A DNA stretch of 64,000 nucleotides from Candidatus Hydrogenedentota bacterium (GCA_963668025.2 CAXXTH010000017.1:736001-800000); one strand, 5' to 3'. Shown: positions 30,526 through 40,458, counted from the stretch's first letter. Notes: generated from the letters alone by a model not told the origin. Numbers and translations: made by a program.

Positions 30526-31783
30526 TTCGCAGCGCATCCACTGGGTCCACCCGCGCGGCGCTCCACGCGGGATATACGGTTGAGAGAAACGTTAATGCCA
30601 CCGCGGAAATGGTGATCCACATGATATCCGTCCACATGACCGCTACGGGGATGCGGTCGAAATAATAGATCTCGGAGTTGAAGAGGTCCACGCCCAGGAA
30701 CCACGCGACGACCGCGGCGACGGGATTGAGATTATAGGCCAGCAGCGTGCCGAGAATGACGCCCGCCGCCGTGCCGCTCAGGCCGATATACAGCCCCTCG
30801 AGCATGAATAGGCGCAGGACAGCCCCGCTGCTCGTGCCGATGGTGCGCAGAATGCCGATGTCGCGGCGCTTCTCCATGACGATCATGATGAGCGTGCTGG
30901 TGATGTTGAACGCCGCCACGAGGACGATGAACACGAGGATGATGAACATCACCACTTTTTCCTGCTTGAGCGCGTCGAAGAAGGCTTGCTGGCTTTCCTG
31001 CCACGTTACCGTGGCGTAGCCGAGTTTCTTCTCGATGAGCGTGGCCACCTTGTCGGCGAGGAAGGGATCGGTTAGTTTGCAGTGAACTCCATCTACGCCT
31101 TCCTGCCCCTTGAGCATTTGGGCGGTTTCTACATCCACCCAGCCATACAGCGAATCGAAATCGGTCATCTGCGCCTGGGAAATGCCGCTCACGCGCAGCC
31201 AGACTTGCTGTCCCGGCCGAAGGCCGAAGGGCGTTCCCTTGCTGTTGGGCGTAATGACGGCGAGTTCATCGCCCACGGACACCCCGAGTTTGCTGGCCAG
31301 TTGATAGCCCAGCATGATCTCTTTATGGCCCGGCAGCTCGCCATAGCCATTGGTGCGGCCGTTGGCGCTGGTGAGATTTTCCGCGAGCTGGGTGACATGC
31401 GTCTCGCGCTCGATGTCCACGCCCAAGATATACGCGCCTTCATACCGTTGATCCCGCCCGCTGGGCGTCTTGAGGAGGCCCAGCACTTCGACGAAGGGAC
31501 TGGCGGCCACGATATCCGGTGAAGCGCTTTCGATTTCCTTGATGACCCGTCCCGGATCGAGCATGGGCACGCCGCGCGCATCCAGAATCGAGAGATAGGA
31601 GCGGTTGCCGATGATCGTCGAGCGTAAGGCTTCGTCGAAACCGGTCATGACGCTCATTACGACAATCAAGGCGATCACGCCCACGCTCACGCCCGCCACG
31701 GAAATAAACGTGATCAGGCTGACAAAGCGGTTCTTCCGCTTTCCCCGCAGATAGCGGCTCGCTACAAAGGCTTCAAATCGCAC
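30518..31783 (-). CDS. Lipoprotein-releasing permease LolC/E
   Basis: RYLR.KR..RFVSLI, VMSVMTGF, VAAFNITSTLIM.VMEK..DIGILRT.G, YPAW.AA...P..ALR.E. Confidence 0.9.
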   Translation of the reverse strand: MRFEAFVASRYLRGKRKNRFVSLITFISVAGVSVGVIALIVVMSVMTGFDEALRSTIIGNRSYLSILDARGVPMLDPGRVIKEIESASPDIVAASPFVEVLGLLKTPSGRDQRYEGAYILGVDIERETHVTQLAENLTSANGRTNGYGELPGHKEIMLGYQLASKLGVSVGDELAVITPNSKGTPFGLRPGQQVWLRVSGISQAQMTDFDSLYGWVDVETAQMLKGQEGVDGVHCKLTDPFLADKVATLIEKKLGYATVTWQESQQAFFDALKQEKVVMFIILVFIVLVAAFNITSTLIMIVMEKRRDIGILRTIGTSSGAVLRLFMLEGLYIGLSGTAAGVILGTLLAYNLNPVAAVVAWFLGVDLFNSEIYYFDRIPVAVMWTDIMWITISAVALTFLSTVYPAWSAARVDPVDALRNE

Positions 31784-31798
31784 GGTATTCCCCTAACA

Positions 31799-33304
31799 TT
31801 AAAGCGTCCGCAATTGCGGGAACAGGATTACGTCGCGGATGGACGGGCTATCCGTGAGCAGCATGGACAAGCGGTCAATGCCGATGCCTAATCCCGCCGT
31901 GGGCGGCATGCCCAATTCGAGGGCGGTGATGAAATCCTCGTCCAGTTGCTGCGCTTCGTCATCGCCTGCCTCGCGCTGGCGCACCTGGTCCATGAACCGC
32001 TCTCGTTGATCAATGGGATCATTCAACTCCGAGAAGGCGTTGCCGGTTTCCAGGCAGCCGATGAACGCCTGGAAGCGCTCGGTGATCGCCGGATTATCGC
32101 GTTTCTTTTTCGCGAGCGGCGAGATCTCGAGGGGATAGTCATACAAGAACGTGGGCTGCACGAGTTGAGGCTGCACCTTTTCTTTCATGACTTCATCCAC
32201 GATTTTGCCATATCCCAGGCCCGGCTTGATCTCGCACCCGATGCCGCGCGCCAGGCGTTCCGCCTCGGTGCGGTCGTCCTTGAGCGGTTCGAGGTCGATG
32301 CCCGCATACTGCCGGATCGCCTCGAAGAGCGGCAGGCGCTTCCAGGGCCGCGCCGCGTTGATGGCCTGGCCTTGGTAGGTGAACGAGGTCCCGCCCGCCA
32401 CCTGCTCGATGATGTGGACCAGCATCTCTTCCGTCTCGTCCATCAATCCCATATAATCTTGGTACGCCTCATAGAGTTCCATAATGGTGAATTCGGGATT
32501 GTGCTTGGTGTCCACGCCCTCATTACGAAAACAGCGGTTGATCTCGAAGACCCGCTCGAATCCGCCGCAAATCAGGCGCTTGAGATGCAACTCCGGCGCG
32601 ATGCGCAGGTAGAAATCCCGGTCGTAGGTATTGTGGTGCGTGATGAACGGGCGCGCGGTCGCGCCGCCGGGGATGTAATGGAGCATAGGCGTCTCGACTT
32701 CGAGAAAGCCCCGGCCCGTAAGCCAGGCCCGAAGTTCGGCCACGAGCTGGCTGCGCTTGCGGAATGTGCCCATCACCTCCGGATTCGCCACCAAATCCAG
32801 ATACCGCTGGCGGTAGCGCGTCTCGACATCCGTCAAGCCGTGGAATTTCTCGGGCAATGGCCGCAGCGATTTCGTCAGGATGGTGAATTCTTGGACGCGC
32901 ACGGTGATTTCTCCCGTATGCGTACGGAATACGCCGCCCTTGACGCCGAGGAAATCGCCGATATCGAAATCCTTGAGCTGGGCGTATGCGTCGTCGCCGA
33001 TATCATTTTTGCGGAAAAAGAGCTGGATGCGGCCCGACTCATCCCGCAGGTCCGCGAAGCTGACTTTGCCTTGGCTGCGGAAGGCCGTCATACGCCCGGC
33101 CAGCGCCACCGGGAGCGCGATGGTAGCAGGGTCTTCCGTGGCCTTTTCGGCGGTTTCATAGGCATCGAGCGCCTGGCGAATGACGCACGAGCGCTCGAAG
33201 GCATATTTGAACGGCACATCGCCCCGCTCGCGGATGCGTTCGAGTTTGGCGATGCGGTGCTGCCGCAGTTCTTCTTCCGTGGAGTGATGTGCTTGGTCTG
33301 GCAT
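31799..33304 (-). CDS. lysS: Lysine--tRNA ligase (class II)
   Basis: LRPLPEKFHGL.D.E.RYRQRYLDL, GGATARPF.THHN, FRNEG, HNPEFT, GMPPTAGLGIGIDRL. Confidence 0.97.
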   Translation of the reverse strand: MPDQAHHSTEEELRQHRIAKLERIRERGDVPFKYAFERSCVIRQALDAYETAEKATEDPATIALPVALAGRMTAFRSQGKVSFADLRDESGRIQLFFRKNDIGDDAYAQLKDFDIGDFLGVKGGVFRTHTGEITVRVQEFTILTKSLRPLPEKFHGLTDVETRYRQRYLDLVANPEVMGTFRKRSQLVAELRAWLTGRGFLEVETPMLHYIPGGATARPFITHHNTYDRDFYLRIAPELHLKRLICGGFERVFEINRCFRNEGVDTKHNPEFTIMELYEAYQDYMGLMDETEEMLVHIIEQVAGGTSFTYQGQAINAARPWKRLPLFEAIRQYAGIDLEPLKDDRTEAERLARGIGCEIKPGLGYGKIVDEVMKEKVQPQLVQPTFLYDYPLEISPLAKKKRDNPAITERFQAFIGCLETGNAFSELNDPIDQRERFMDQVRQREAGDDEAQQLDEDFITALELGMPPTAGLGIGIDRLSMLLTDSPSIRDVILFPQLRTL

Positions 33305-33324
33305 GTACACCTCGTATTATTGGT

Positions 33325-33939
33325 TTATGTGGTTTGAATGAGTGATTGTAATCCTTCACAAAAGATTTGAAAACTTCGAGACCTATTGCGCGAAGGCTCC
33401 ATATGCGTGGCAATTTCACGCGCGGCTTTTATTTTGGCTAGTCCGCCTTGATGATAGCCTGCCTTTTGGAGCAGCCGTTCCAGGGCTTCCCATGTGCCGC
33501 CTCTGACCGCATCCGGGTCGCGAAATTCTCTCTGCTGGGCAAATATGGGCACTCGAGTATATGCCGTACGAATAGCCTGCTCATCGCCTAGAAACCACGC
33601 CTCTAGCTCTTCCACGGCGATTCGGGTGAGTACATGGAACACTCCCGATGGCGCAGGAGAGGATTTCGTAACTAATCCTTCCCATTTGGTGGCTTCTTCC
33701 AATATTACCTTTAGATCATGGCAATTATCGTCATCTCGGTCAACCAAGATGATAATGCGAATGTCTTCTCCGTTTTTCATTCGTTGGTTATACGCCTTAA
33801 GACGCTGCCTGAGTTTAGATAGAAGATCGTTCTTTCCATTGAATGGATGAACACGAAACGCTGCGTCAGTGATCTTTGGTACAATATATAATAAAGCTTG
33901 TTCCGCCGAAGGTTCTTCCACAAGAAACTCGAGCTGCAT
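33325..33939 (-). CDS. DUF4276-family (TOPRIM-like) protein
   Basis: FLVEEPS, LVDRDDD, RIA.EELEAWFLGD, NRSRSF motifs. Confidence 0.75.
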   Translation of the reverse strand: MQLEFLVEEPSAEQALLYIVPKITDAAFRVHPFNGKNDLLSKLRQRLKAYNQRMKNGEDIRIIILVDRDDDNCHDLKVILEEATKWEGLVTKSSPAPSGVFHVLTRIAVEELEAWFLGDEQAIRTAYTRVPIFAQQREFRDPDAVRGGTWEALERLLQKAGYHQGGLAKIKAAREIATHMEPSRNRSRSFQIFCEGLQSLIQTT

Positions 33940-33950
33940 TCGCGCGCCTC

Positions 33951-35213
33951 CTAACGGCTTCTTCTAGAAGGCTGGGCTTCGGTAAGCGGATCGCCAAACT
34001 CGAACTGATTCTCGGTCCACAAGTCACCCAGTAAAGCGCCGGAGTCGACGAATTCTCGAATGCCATGCATATCACAAGCTTTTTTTGCGCGCGTGAACCC
34101 GTGTTCATCGCGCGATAAGATAAACAGCTCTTTGTCCGAGATATGATTAATAAACTCAGGTGAATGGGTGGTCACCATAAGCTGAGAATGGGCGGCGGCT
34201 TCGCGGCATTCTTCCGCGAGTCCCGCCAGCAACCTGGGATGCAAATGATTCTCAGGCTCTTCCAGCCCAATAAGGGATGGCGGTTCGGGATCGTTTAAAA
34301 CGATGAGATACGCCAGCATCTTCAAGGTTCCATCGGACGAGAACTGCGCTAAAATGGGCTCTTTAAATGGCGCGTCTTTGATCCATAGCCCAAGACGCCC
34401 ATCCGCCATCATTTCTTCGATGATGGACTCAAGCTGGGGCACGCGGGACACCAATCTCTCCACGATGTTTTGCCAAATCTCTGGATAGGTCTCCTTAAGG
34501 TATTGGATGACATTCAATAAGTTTGAGCCGGTTCTGCTAAGCCGTTCCTGCGGTCCCGCTTCGGTGGCGGTCCGGGCGCTATTAGGGCTTAAATACGAGA
34601 GATACCATCCGGTGATAAACGCGCGCAACGCGGCGACGCGGGGATGTTCCTTGAACTGCCCCAGCGTGTTGACGCCGAGCAAATCGGAACTTGCGAGTTC
34701 GACTGGCATGCGTGTCTCTTCGGTTTCTGGCACTTCGCCCATCACCGCTGTGCCTTTACCGTTTTCAAGCTCCAAAAAACGAAAAGGCCGGCCAGCTCCC
34801 TCGCTCTTTGACCAATGGAGCCACTCTTCCGAGATTACTGGCCCCTTGGATGTATCGTTAATGGATAAATGATAGGTGATGACGTGGGAGCGCTGCTCCC
34901 CTTTTTTGTAAGGGATTTCCCGATACTTGATCTCGAATTCGATGGGGCCTTCCGCGCCCTTTGTACGGAGTTCGCGCATACGTCCACGGGCGTCCAAGGC
35001 CCGCCGGAGGCCGATGGTGAAGCAATCCGACAGGAACGCGAATACATCAAATACGGTCGATTTGCCGCTCCCGTTTGGCCCGAGCAACACTGTAAGCGGC
35101 GTAAGACCGGAAAGCTGCATGTCCTTGAGGGCGCGGTAGTTCTTCACACGCAAGGATTCGATGCGTGGCGGCCCGGCGATCAGTAGTTGTGTAGTATCAT
35201 CTTGTTCAGCCAT
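33951..35213 (-). CDS. ABC-type (AAA_21-like) ATPase, partner of DUF4276
   Basis: Walker A GPNGSGKS, SDGTL signature, LEEPENHLHP Walker B, VTTHSP H-loop; no TM partner. Confidence 0.85.
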   Translation of the reverse strand: MAEQDDTTQLLIAGPPRIESLRVKNYRALKDMQLSGLTPLTVLLGPNGSGKSTVFDVFAFLSDCFTIGLRRALDARGRMRELRTKGAEGPIEFEIKYREIPYKKGEQRSHVITYHLSINDTSKGPVISEEWLHWSKSEGAGRPFRFLELENGKGTAVMGEVPETEETRMPVELASSDLLGVNTLGQFKEHPRVAALRAFITGWYLSYLSPNSARTATEAGPQERLSRTGSNLLNVIQYLKETYPEIWQNIVERLVSRVPQLESIIEEMMADGRLGLWIKDAPFKEPILAQFSSDGTLKMLAYLIVLNDPEPPSLIGLEEPENHLHPRLLAGLAEECREAAAHSQLMVTTHSPEFINHISDKELFILSRDEHGFTRAKKACDMHGIREFVDSGALLGDLWTENQFEFGDPLTEAQPSRRSR

Positions 35214-35238
35214 GGGTCTTTCTCCCGCGTAAAACCCA

Positions 35239-36357
35239 TTAAATCGTGTGCGCTTTGCTGCGCTGCAATTTCCATTTCAGAAACGCCTCGACGAACATAT
35301 CCAAATCGCCATCGAGGACGCGGTCGGTGTTCGAGGTCTCGGCGTCGGTGCGCAGGTCTTTCACGAGCTGGTACGGATGCAGCACGTAGCTGCGGATTTG
35401 GCTGCCCCAGGCCACATCCATCTGCGCTTCCCGCTGGGCGGCGGCCTCGGCTTCCTTTTTTTTCATCTCGAGGTTATACAGTTGGGATTTGAGCAACTGG
35501 AGGGCCGTGGCGCGGTTGCGGTGCTGGCTGCGCTCGATCTGGCAGGCCACGACGATGCCCGTGGGCAAGTGCGTCAAGCGCACCGCCGAACTGGTTTTGT
35601 TGACTTTTTGGCCTCCGGGGCCGCTCGAACGGAACACATCCATCTTGAGGTCTTCTTCGCGCACTTCGATGTCGATATCCTCATCGATTTGCGGCAGCAC
35701 CTGGATGGCCGCGAACGACGTATGCCGCCGCGCGTTGGCGTCGAACGGCGAAATGCGCACCAGACGGTGGACGCCGTCCTCGGATTTCAGGTTACCAAAT
35801 GCAAAGGGGCCTTCGATGAGAAGCGTGGCGCTTTTAAGCCCGGCTTCATCCCCTTCCTGGTAATCCATAAGCTCGACGGTGTATTCATGGCGCTCGCAGA
35901 AGCGCACCACCATGCGATACAGCATGCTGGCCCAATCACAGGATTCCGTGCCGCCCGCGCCGGGATGGATATTGACGATGGCGGCCTTGCCGTCACGCGG
36001 ATCACTGAAGAGGCTTGCGATCTCGAGGCGGGTGAGCTTAGGCTCGAGGGTATCGAGCGCGTCTTTGATTTCCGGCCCCAGCGATTCATCAGATTCCGCT
36101 TCGGCCAGCTCGATGAGCACTTGGGTGTCCTCGATCTCCTGCGCCATCGCGTCTGGGGCCTCGATCATGTTGCGCAAGGCTTTCATTTTCTGCATGGTCT
36201 TCTGCGCGGCGTCCGGGTCATCCCAGAAACCGGCCGCCGTGATTTCCTGCTCGATACGGGCGATCTGGGTTTTCGTGCCTTCGATATTCAGGCATTTGCG
36301 CAGTTCCGTTAGGCGGCTTTGAAAATCATTTACGCGTTCTGCTGCTTCTTCGTACAT
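35239..36357 (-). CDS. prfB: Peptide chain release factor 2 (single continuous ORF)
   Basis: GAGGTES.DW, GVHRLVRISPF (SPF motif), SGPGGQ.VN.T.SAVR, WGSQIRSYV. Confidence 0.96.
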   Translation of the reverse strand: MYEEAAERVNDFQSRLTELRKCLNIEGTKTQIARIEQEITAAGFWDDPDAAQKTMQKMKALRNMIEAPDAMAQEIEDTQVLIELAEAESDESLGPEIKDALDTLEPKLTRLEIASLFSDPRDGKAAIVNIHPGAGGTESCDWASMLYRMVVRFCERHEYTVELMDYQEGDEAGLKSATLLIEGPFAFGNLKSEDGVHRLVRISPFDANARRHTSFAAIQVLPQIDEDIDIEVREEDLKMDVFRSSGPGGQKVNKTSSAVRLTHLPTGIVVACQIERSQHRNRATALQLLKSQLYNLEMKKKEAEAAAQREAQMDVAWGSQIRSYVLHPYQLVKDLRTDAETSNTDRVLDGDLDMFVEAFLKWKLQRSKAHTI

Positions 36358-36375
36358 GGGTATCCGTCTCTTTCC

Positions 36376-37218
36376 TTAGGACGTGGCAAACAATGGTGCA
36401 TAAATATAGTACAAGACGGGCGTCGCGAAGAGAAAACTGTCGCACCGGTCCAAGACGCCGCCGTGTCCGGGGAAGAATCCGCCCGAATCCTTCACGCCCG
36501 CGTCGCGCTTGAGCACGGATTCCGTGAGGTCGCCAATTTGAGCCACAATGGACAATAGCGCGCCCGCGCGCAGATAGGCCCATAGATCCCAGCCAGGCAA
36601 TCCGTCCCAATGCATGATTCGGCGCAAATGGAACAAAATAAACATGCCCGCCAGCGCGCCGAGGAATCCGGCGATGGAACCCTCCCAGGTTTTATTCGGG
36701 CTGACCTTGGGGGCGAGTTTATGGCGGCCTATAAGTGAGCCCGCCGCGAACGCCATGGTGTCGGTGAGGATCACCACGACAAACAGCATCGTGACCATGG
36801 CCGGTCCTACGGTGGGGATGCGCTGGAGGAGCAAGATATGGGCGCCAAACCAGCCGACATAGAATACGCCGAAGACCGTGCTGGCGAGTCCGGCCACGCT
36901 ATGCTGGCCGCGAACGATATGAAGCGTCGAAACCAGCAGGCAGCCGCCATACAATAAAAGGTTCGTCATGGTGACATCGCGAAAATACCCGCTCAAGGCC
37001 ACAATGGCCCCCGCAAGCATGCCGCCGATGGTCTCGGGGCTGATGGCGCGCGCGCGCACGATGGCATAATACTCATACAACCCTACGGTGACGAGTACGC
37101 CGATGAACAGGGCGAATGCAGGCTCGAGGCCTGGCCGCCACATCAATACGAGCACGGCGGGCAGCGCCACGCAGGCCGTGGCGGTCCGGATAAGTACGGA
37201 TTTGAAGCGCGCGCTCAT
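36376..37218 (-). CDS. cdsA: Phosphatidate cytidylyltransferase
   Basis: SPNKTWEG, GDL.ES..KR..GVKDSG..PGHGGVLDR.DS. Confidence 0.94.
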   Translation of the reverse strand: MSARFKSVLIRTATACVALPAVLVLMWRPGLEPAFALFIGVLVTVGLYEYYAIVRARAISPETIGGMLAGAIVALSGYFRDVTMTNLLLYGGCLLVSTLHIVRGQHSVAGLASTVFGVFYVGWFGAHILLLQRIPTVGPAMVTMLFVVVILTDTMAFAAGSLIGRHKLAPKVSPNKTWEGSIAGFLGALAGMFILFHLRRIMHWDGLPGWDLWAYLRAGALLSIVAQIGDLTESVLKRDAGVKDSGGFFPGHGGVLDRCDSFLFATPVLYYIYAPLFATS

Positions 37219-37949
37219 GGCGCCTGCTTGCGCCCGCCGAAGCGGCGGTCGCGCTGTTGAAATTCATGAATCGCCTGGCATAGATGCGGCTTGCGGAAGT
37301 CGGGCCAGTAGACAGGGAGCACAACGATTTCAGCATACGAGAGTTGCCAGAGCATAAAATTGCTCAAGCGCATCTCGCCGCTGGTGCGTATGAGAAGGTC
37401 GGGATCGGGCAAATCGGGCCGGTATAAGCGCTGTTGAATGGCCTCTTCGGTAATGGTTTCCGGGTCTAGCAGGCCATCACGCACTTCCCGGCCAATGGCG
37501 CGGGCGGCGTCGGCGATTTCCGCGCGCGAGCCGTAGTTCAGCGCCACATTGACGGTCAAGGCGGTATTGCCCGCCGTGCGTTCCATGGCGTTTCGCAAAT
37601 CCGCCTGCGCCCGCGCGGGCAGCCCCTCGATGCGGCCCATCGCCACGATGCGGACATTTTCCTTATGAATCGCGTCCAGTTCCAACGATATATATTTGCT
37701 TAGCAGGTGGAACAGCGCGGAGACTTCCAATTTCGAGCGCCGCCAATTCTCTGTCGAGAAGGCGTAGAGGGTAAGGATTTCGACGCCTAGTTCGCGGCAG
37801 GCCTCGATCGTGGCGCGGACGCTTTTAGCGCCGGCCTCATGGCCTGCGGCGTGGCTGACGCCTTGCTGTTTCGCCCATCGGCCATTGCCATCCATAATGA
37901 CGGCGATATGCCGGGGCAGGCGGTTCATATCGAGTTCGGGCGGCTCCAT
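37215..37949 (-). CDS. uppS: Undecaprenyl diphosphate synthase
   Basis: HIAVIMDGNGRWA, YAFSTENW.R, LNYGSR.EI, DLLIRTSGE.RLSNF.LWQ. Confidence 0.95.
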   Translation of the reverse strand: MEPPELDMNRLPRHIAVIMDGNGRWAKQQGVSHAAGHEAGAKSVRATIEACRELGVEILTLYAFSTENWRRSKLEVSALFHLLSKYISLELDAIHKENVRIVAMGRIEGLPARAQADLRNAMERTAGNTALTVNVALNYGSRAEIADAARAIGREVRDGLLDPETITEEAIQQRLYRPDLPDPDLLIRTSGEMRLSNFMLWQLSYAEIVVLPVYWPDFRKPHLCQAIHEFQQRDRRFGGRKQAP

Positions 37950-38229
37950 GCGACGCTTTCCCGTGCTCCTTCGTGGTTCATATATTCTGTTGTGAATATC
38001 TGGCTATGTCTGAAATTTCGCATAGGCGAAATCACACATCTGTATTTTCAAATTTAAACGAATCGGACTACTGCGTCACTTTAACCCAATTTGTCCTGTC
38101 TACCCACTTGTCTCGTGTTAACCAATCCATATCTTTTCAGTTCTTGTTTCCAAGTCCTTCTATTTCTTACACTTCCCGCAGGCTGTATCTGCCCGTTTCC
38201 CGCACATCTTTCTGCTCTACCCACATCTT

Positions 38230-38337
38230 GTTAGCCCGCTTGAGCGGGCTCTCCTTAGCACCCGGCTTTAGCCGGGGTGGTAGGGGATCAATCTGTAATA
38301 GAGCGCGCTTTAGCGCGGCTTCTCGAAATGCTTTAGC
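38230..38337. repeat. Left multi-hairpin arm of HUH element
   Basis: Hairpins AGCCCGC-TTGA-GCGGGCT, CCCGGC-TTTA-GCCGGG, CGCGC-TTTA-GCGCG and a GCTTTAGC core; inverted copy at 38765-38874. Confidence 0.85.
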
Positions 38338-38761
38338 TCATTCCCACCCGTTCCAAAACGTCCGTTATGGTATCCAATCGGTGGTGTTCTTTTTGGTATT
38401 CTACATATTCCTCAACCACCCCAATATGCCGTTTTGAAAAACTGACCACGCCGTAACCACGTTGCCACTGCAGCATTTTCCGGCCAAACGTATGGTTGAT
38501 CTCATGGGCGCTGGCGCCTTTTATCTTGCCCATCACATCACTAATCAAAACGAATGGTTCAATTTGCATGATAAGGTGCACATGGTTTTCCGTTCCACCC
38601 ATTCGTCCTATATGTACACCCTTATTTTTTTGGCCGTACGTGGAAATGAATGGATACAGCGCCTGCTCCACTTCAGGCGTAAGCATGGGCCTGTTTTCAT
38701 GGCAATGCCAAGTAACGTGAAGAAATAGCTCGCTGAATACGTGGCTCAATCCATCAGGCAT
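38333..38761 (-). CDS. tnpA: IS200/IS605-superfamily HUH (Y1) transposase
   Basis: LHVTW, NHVHL (HUH), KGAS, WQRGY, YVEYQKEHH (catalytic YxxxQ). Confidence 0.88.
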   Translation of the reverse strand: MPDGLSHVFSELFLHVTWHCHENRPMLTPEVEQALYPFISTYGQKNKGVHIGRMGGTENHVHLIMQIEPFVLISDVMGKIKGASAHEINHTFGRKMLQWQRGYGVVSFSKRHIGVVEEYVEYQKEHHRLDTITDVLERVGMS

Positions 38762-38764
38762 ATG

Positions 38765-38874
38765 GCTAAAGCCTCTTCGAGAAGCCGCGCTGAAGCGTGC
38801 TTTCCATTCGTTGCTTCTCGTGGTCACCCCGGCTGAAGCCGGGTGCTAAGGAGAGCCCGCTCAAGCGGGCTAAC
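38765..38874. repeat. Right multi-hairpin arm of HUH element (inverted)
   Basis: Reverse complement matches the left arm over the outer ~49 bp (1 mismatch) and over the inner hairpin block. Confidence 0.85.
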
Positions 38875-39169
38875 CGGACTAGTTTTTTCCGGAAGTCTGC
38901 GCTTTGTTCCGGGGGTCTGCGTTTCGCTTTGACTCCTGGTTATTATAGACGTCCTCTTCGGGGACGATATCACGATGTCTAGCGTATTTGGCGATGCCAA
39001 TTCAAACCAAGCATGTGCTCTATTGACCATGGCCGCCCTATGGACCGGGCCCGGCTATTACTTCCGATATGCCCTAAATCAAAGCCGCGGAACAGCATCC
39101 GGTGCGACGCTCGTCCGCGGCCAAGATTCGATTCAGAGTCTTGTCCCGCCGCCTGTCCGGCGGCCTGTT

Positions 39170-39727
39170 TCAGACCTCCATGACCTCTTCTTCTTTGAGC
39201 TTCAATGCTTCATCGATCTTGGCGATGTAGTCATCCGTGAGCTTCTGAATGTCGGCGGTCATGCGGTGGGCGTCATCCTCGGGGAGTTCGCCATCTTTTT
39301 GTTCGGTCTTGATTTCATCGACGAGGTGGCGGCGCACATTGCGCACCGCGACACGGGCCTCTTCCGCAAGTTTGTGCAGCAGCTTGACGAGATCCTTGCG
39401 GCGCTGTTCCGTGAGCGGCGGAATAGGAATTCGGATCACCTTGCCGTCGTTCGCGGGATTCAATTCGAGAGGGGAAGACAGGATGGCCTTCTCGATGGCT
39501 GGAATCTGGGATTTGTCCCAAGGGGTGATCACCAGCAACCGCGCTTCGGGCGCGGTGACCGTGCCGACCTGGTTCAATTTCATTTTTGAACCATACGCAT
39601 CCACCTCGATGCTATCGAGGAGTCCGGTTGATGCCCGGCCCGTGCGAATGGTGGTTAATTCATGCTTGAAGGCTTCAATGCTTTTACTCATTCGTTCATG
39701 GGCGTCTTTGGCATGCTTGTGTTCCAT
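39170..39727 (-). CDS. frr: Ribosome recycling factor
   Basis: IRTGRAS, IEKAI, IPPLTEQRRKDLVK, E.ARVAVRNVRR. Confidence 0.96.
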   Translation of the reverse strand: MEHKHAKDAHERMSKSIEAFKHELTTIRTGRASTGLLDSIEVDAYGSKMKLNQVGTVTAPEARLLVITPWDKSQIPAIEKAILSSPLELNPANDGKVIRIPIPPLTEQRRKDLVKLLHKLAEEARVAVRNVRRHLVDEIKTEQKDGELPEDDAHRMTADIQKLTDDYIAKIDEALKLKEEEVMEV

Positions 39728-39730
39728 GGA

Positions 39731-40453
39731 TTAATCTCCCCTCACAATCGTCCCGATACGCTCACCTTTTAGCGCCTTCATAATACTGCCTGGCCGCGTC
39801 AGGTTAAAGACCAGGATGGGCAGTTTATTCTCGCGGCACAGCGAGATCGCCGTACCGTCCATTACCCGCAGATTTTTCGCCAGCACGGTCGAGTAGTCCA
39901 GCTCATCATAGCGAACCGCATTCGGATTCTTCATGGGATCGCTATCGAAAACGCCATCGACTTTCGTGGCCTTGCAGAGGATTTGCGCGCCAATTTCGCT
40001 GGCGCGCAAGGCCGCAGCCGTATCGGTCGTGAAAAACGGATTGCCCGTGCCCGCGCCGAAAATGACAATGCGGCCTTTTTCGATGTGCCGGATGGCGCGC
40101 CGGCGAATATACGGCTCGGCAACGGGAGGCATTTCAATGGCTGTCATGACTCGCGTGGGCACGCCTTTAGCCTCGAGGCACGCCTGGATGCTCAAGGCGT
40201 TGATCACCGTAGCCAGCATGCCCATATAATCGCCCGTGGGGCGATCGGGCCCTTGTATAACGCCCTTCGCCCCACGAAAAATATTGCCGCCCCCTACTAC
40301 CAGGCCCATTTCCGCACCAAGTGCGTGGACTTCCCGGAGTTCATCGCAAAAATGGTTGACCACCTCGAAATCGATGGGGCCCGCATGGCCGTCGCCCATG
40401 AAGGCTTCGCCACTCAATTTCAATAAAATGCGCCGGTACGGGGTTGGTTCCAA
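39731..40453 (-). CDS. pyrH: UMP kinase
   Basis: [39 protein letters not shown]. Confidence 0.96.
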   Translation of the reverse strand: MEPTPYRRILLKLSGEAFMGDGHAGPIDFEVVNHFCDELREVHALGAEMGLVVGGGNIFRGAKGVIQGPDRPTGDYMGMLATVINALSIQACLEAKGVPTRVMTAIEMPPVAEPYIRRRAIRHIEKGRIVIFGAGTGNPFFTTDTAAALRASEIGAQILCKATKVDGVFDSDPMKNPNAVRYDELDYSTVLAKNLRVMDGTAISLCRENKLPILVFNLTRPGSIMKALKGERIGTIVRGD

Positions 40454-40458
40454 TGTGT

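Noticed and set aside
31946-33337. 463-aa antisense ORF over lysS, and similar ones over prfB, pilT, the kinase and the last transposase
   Set aside because: Shadow ORFs expected from GC-rich codon bias on the opposite strand; no recognisable motifs
38230-38874. CRISPR array or attC cassette interpretation of the hairpin repeats
   Set aside because: Repeats are inverted and non-identical, with no regular unique spacers; no cas or integrase gene in the window
38975-39589. 204-aa plus-strand ORF as a tnpB or cargo gene of the HUH element
   Set aside because: Mostly antisense to frr, outside the arms, and has no RuvC or Zn-finger motifs
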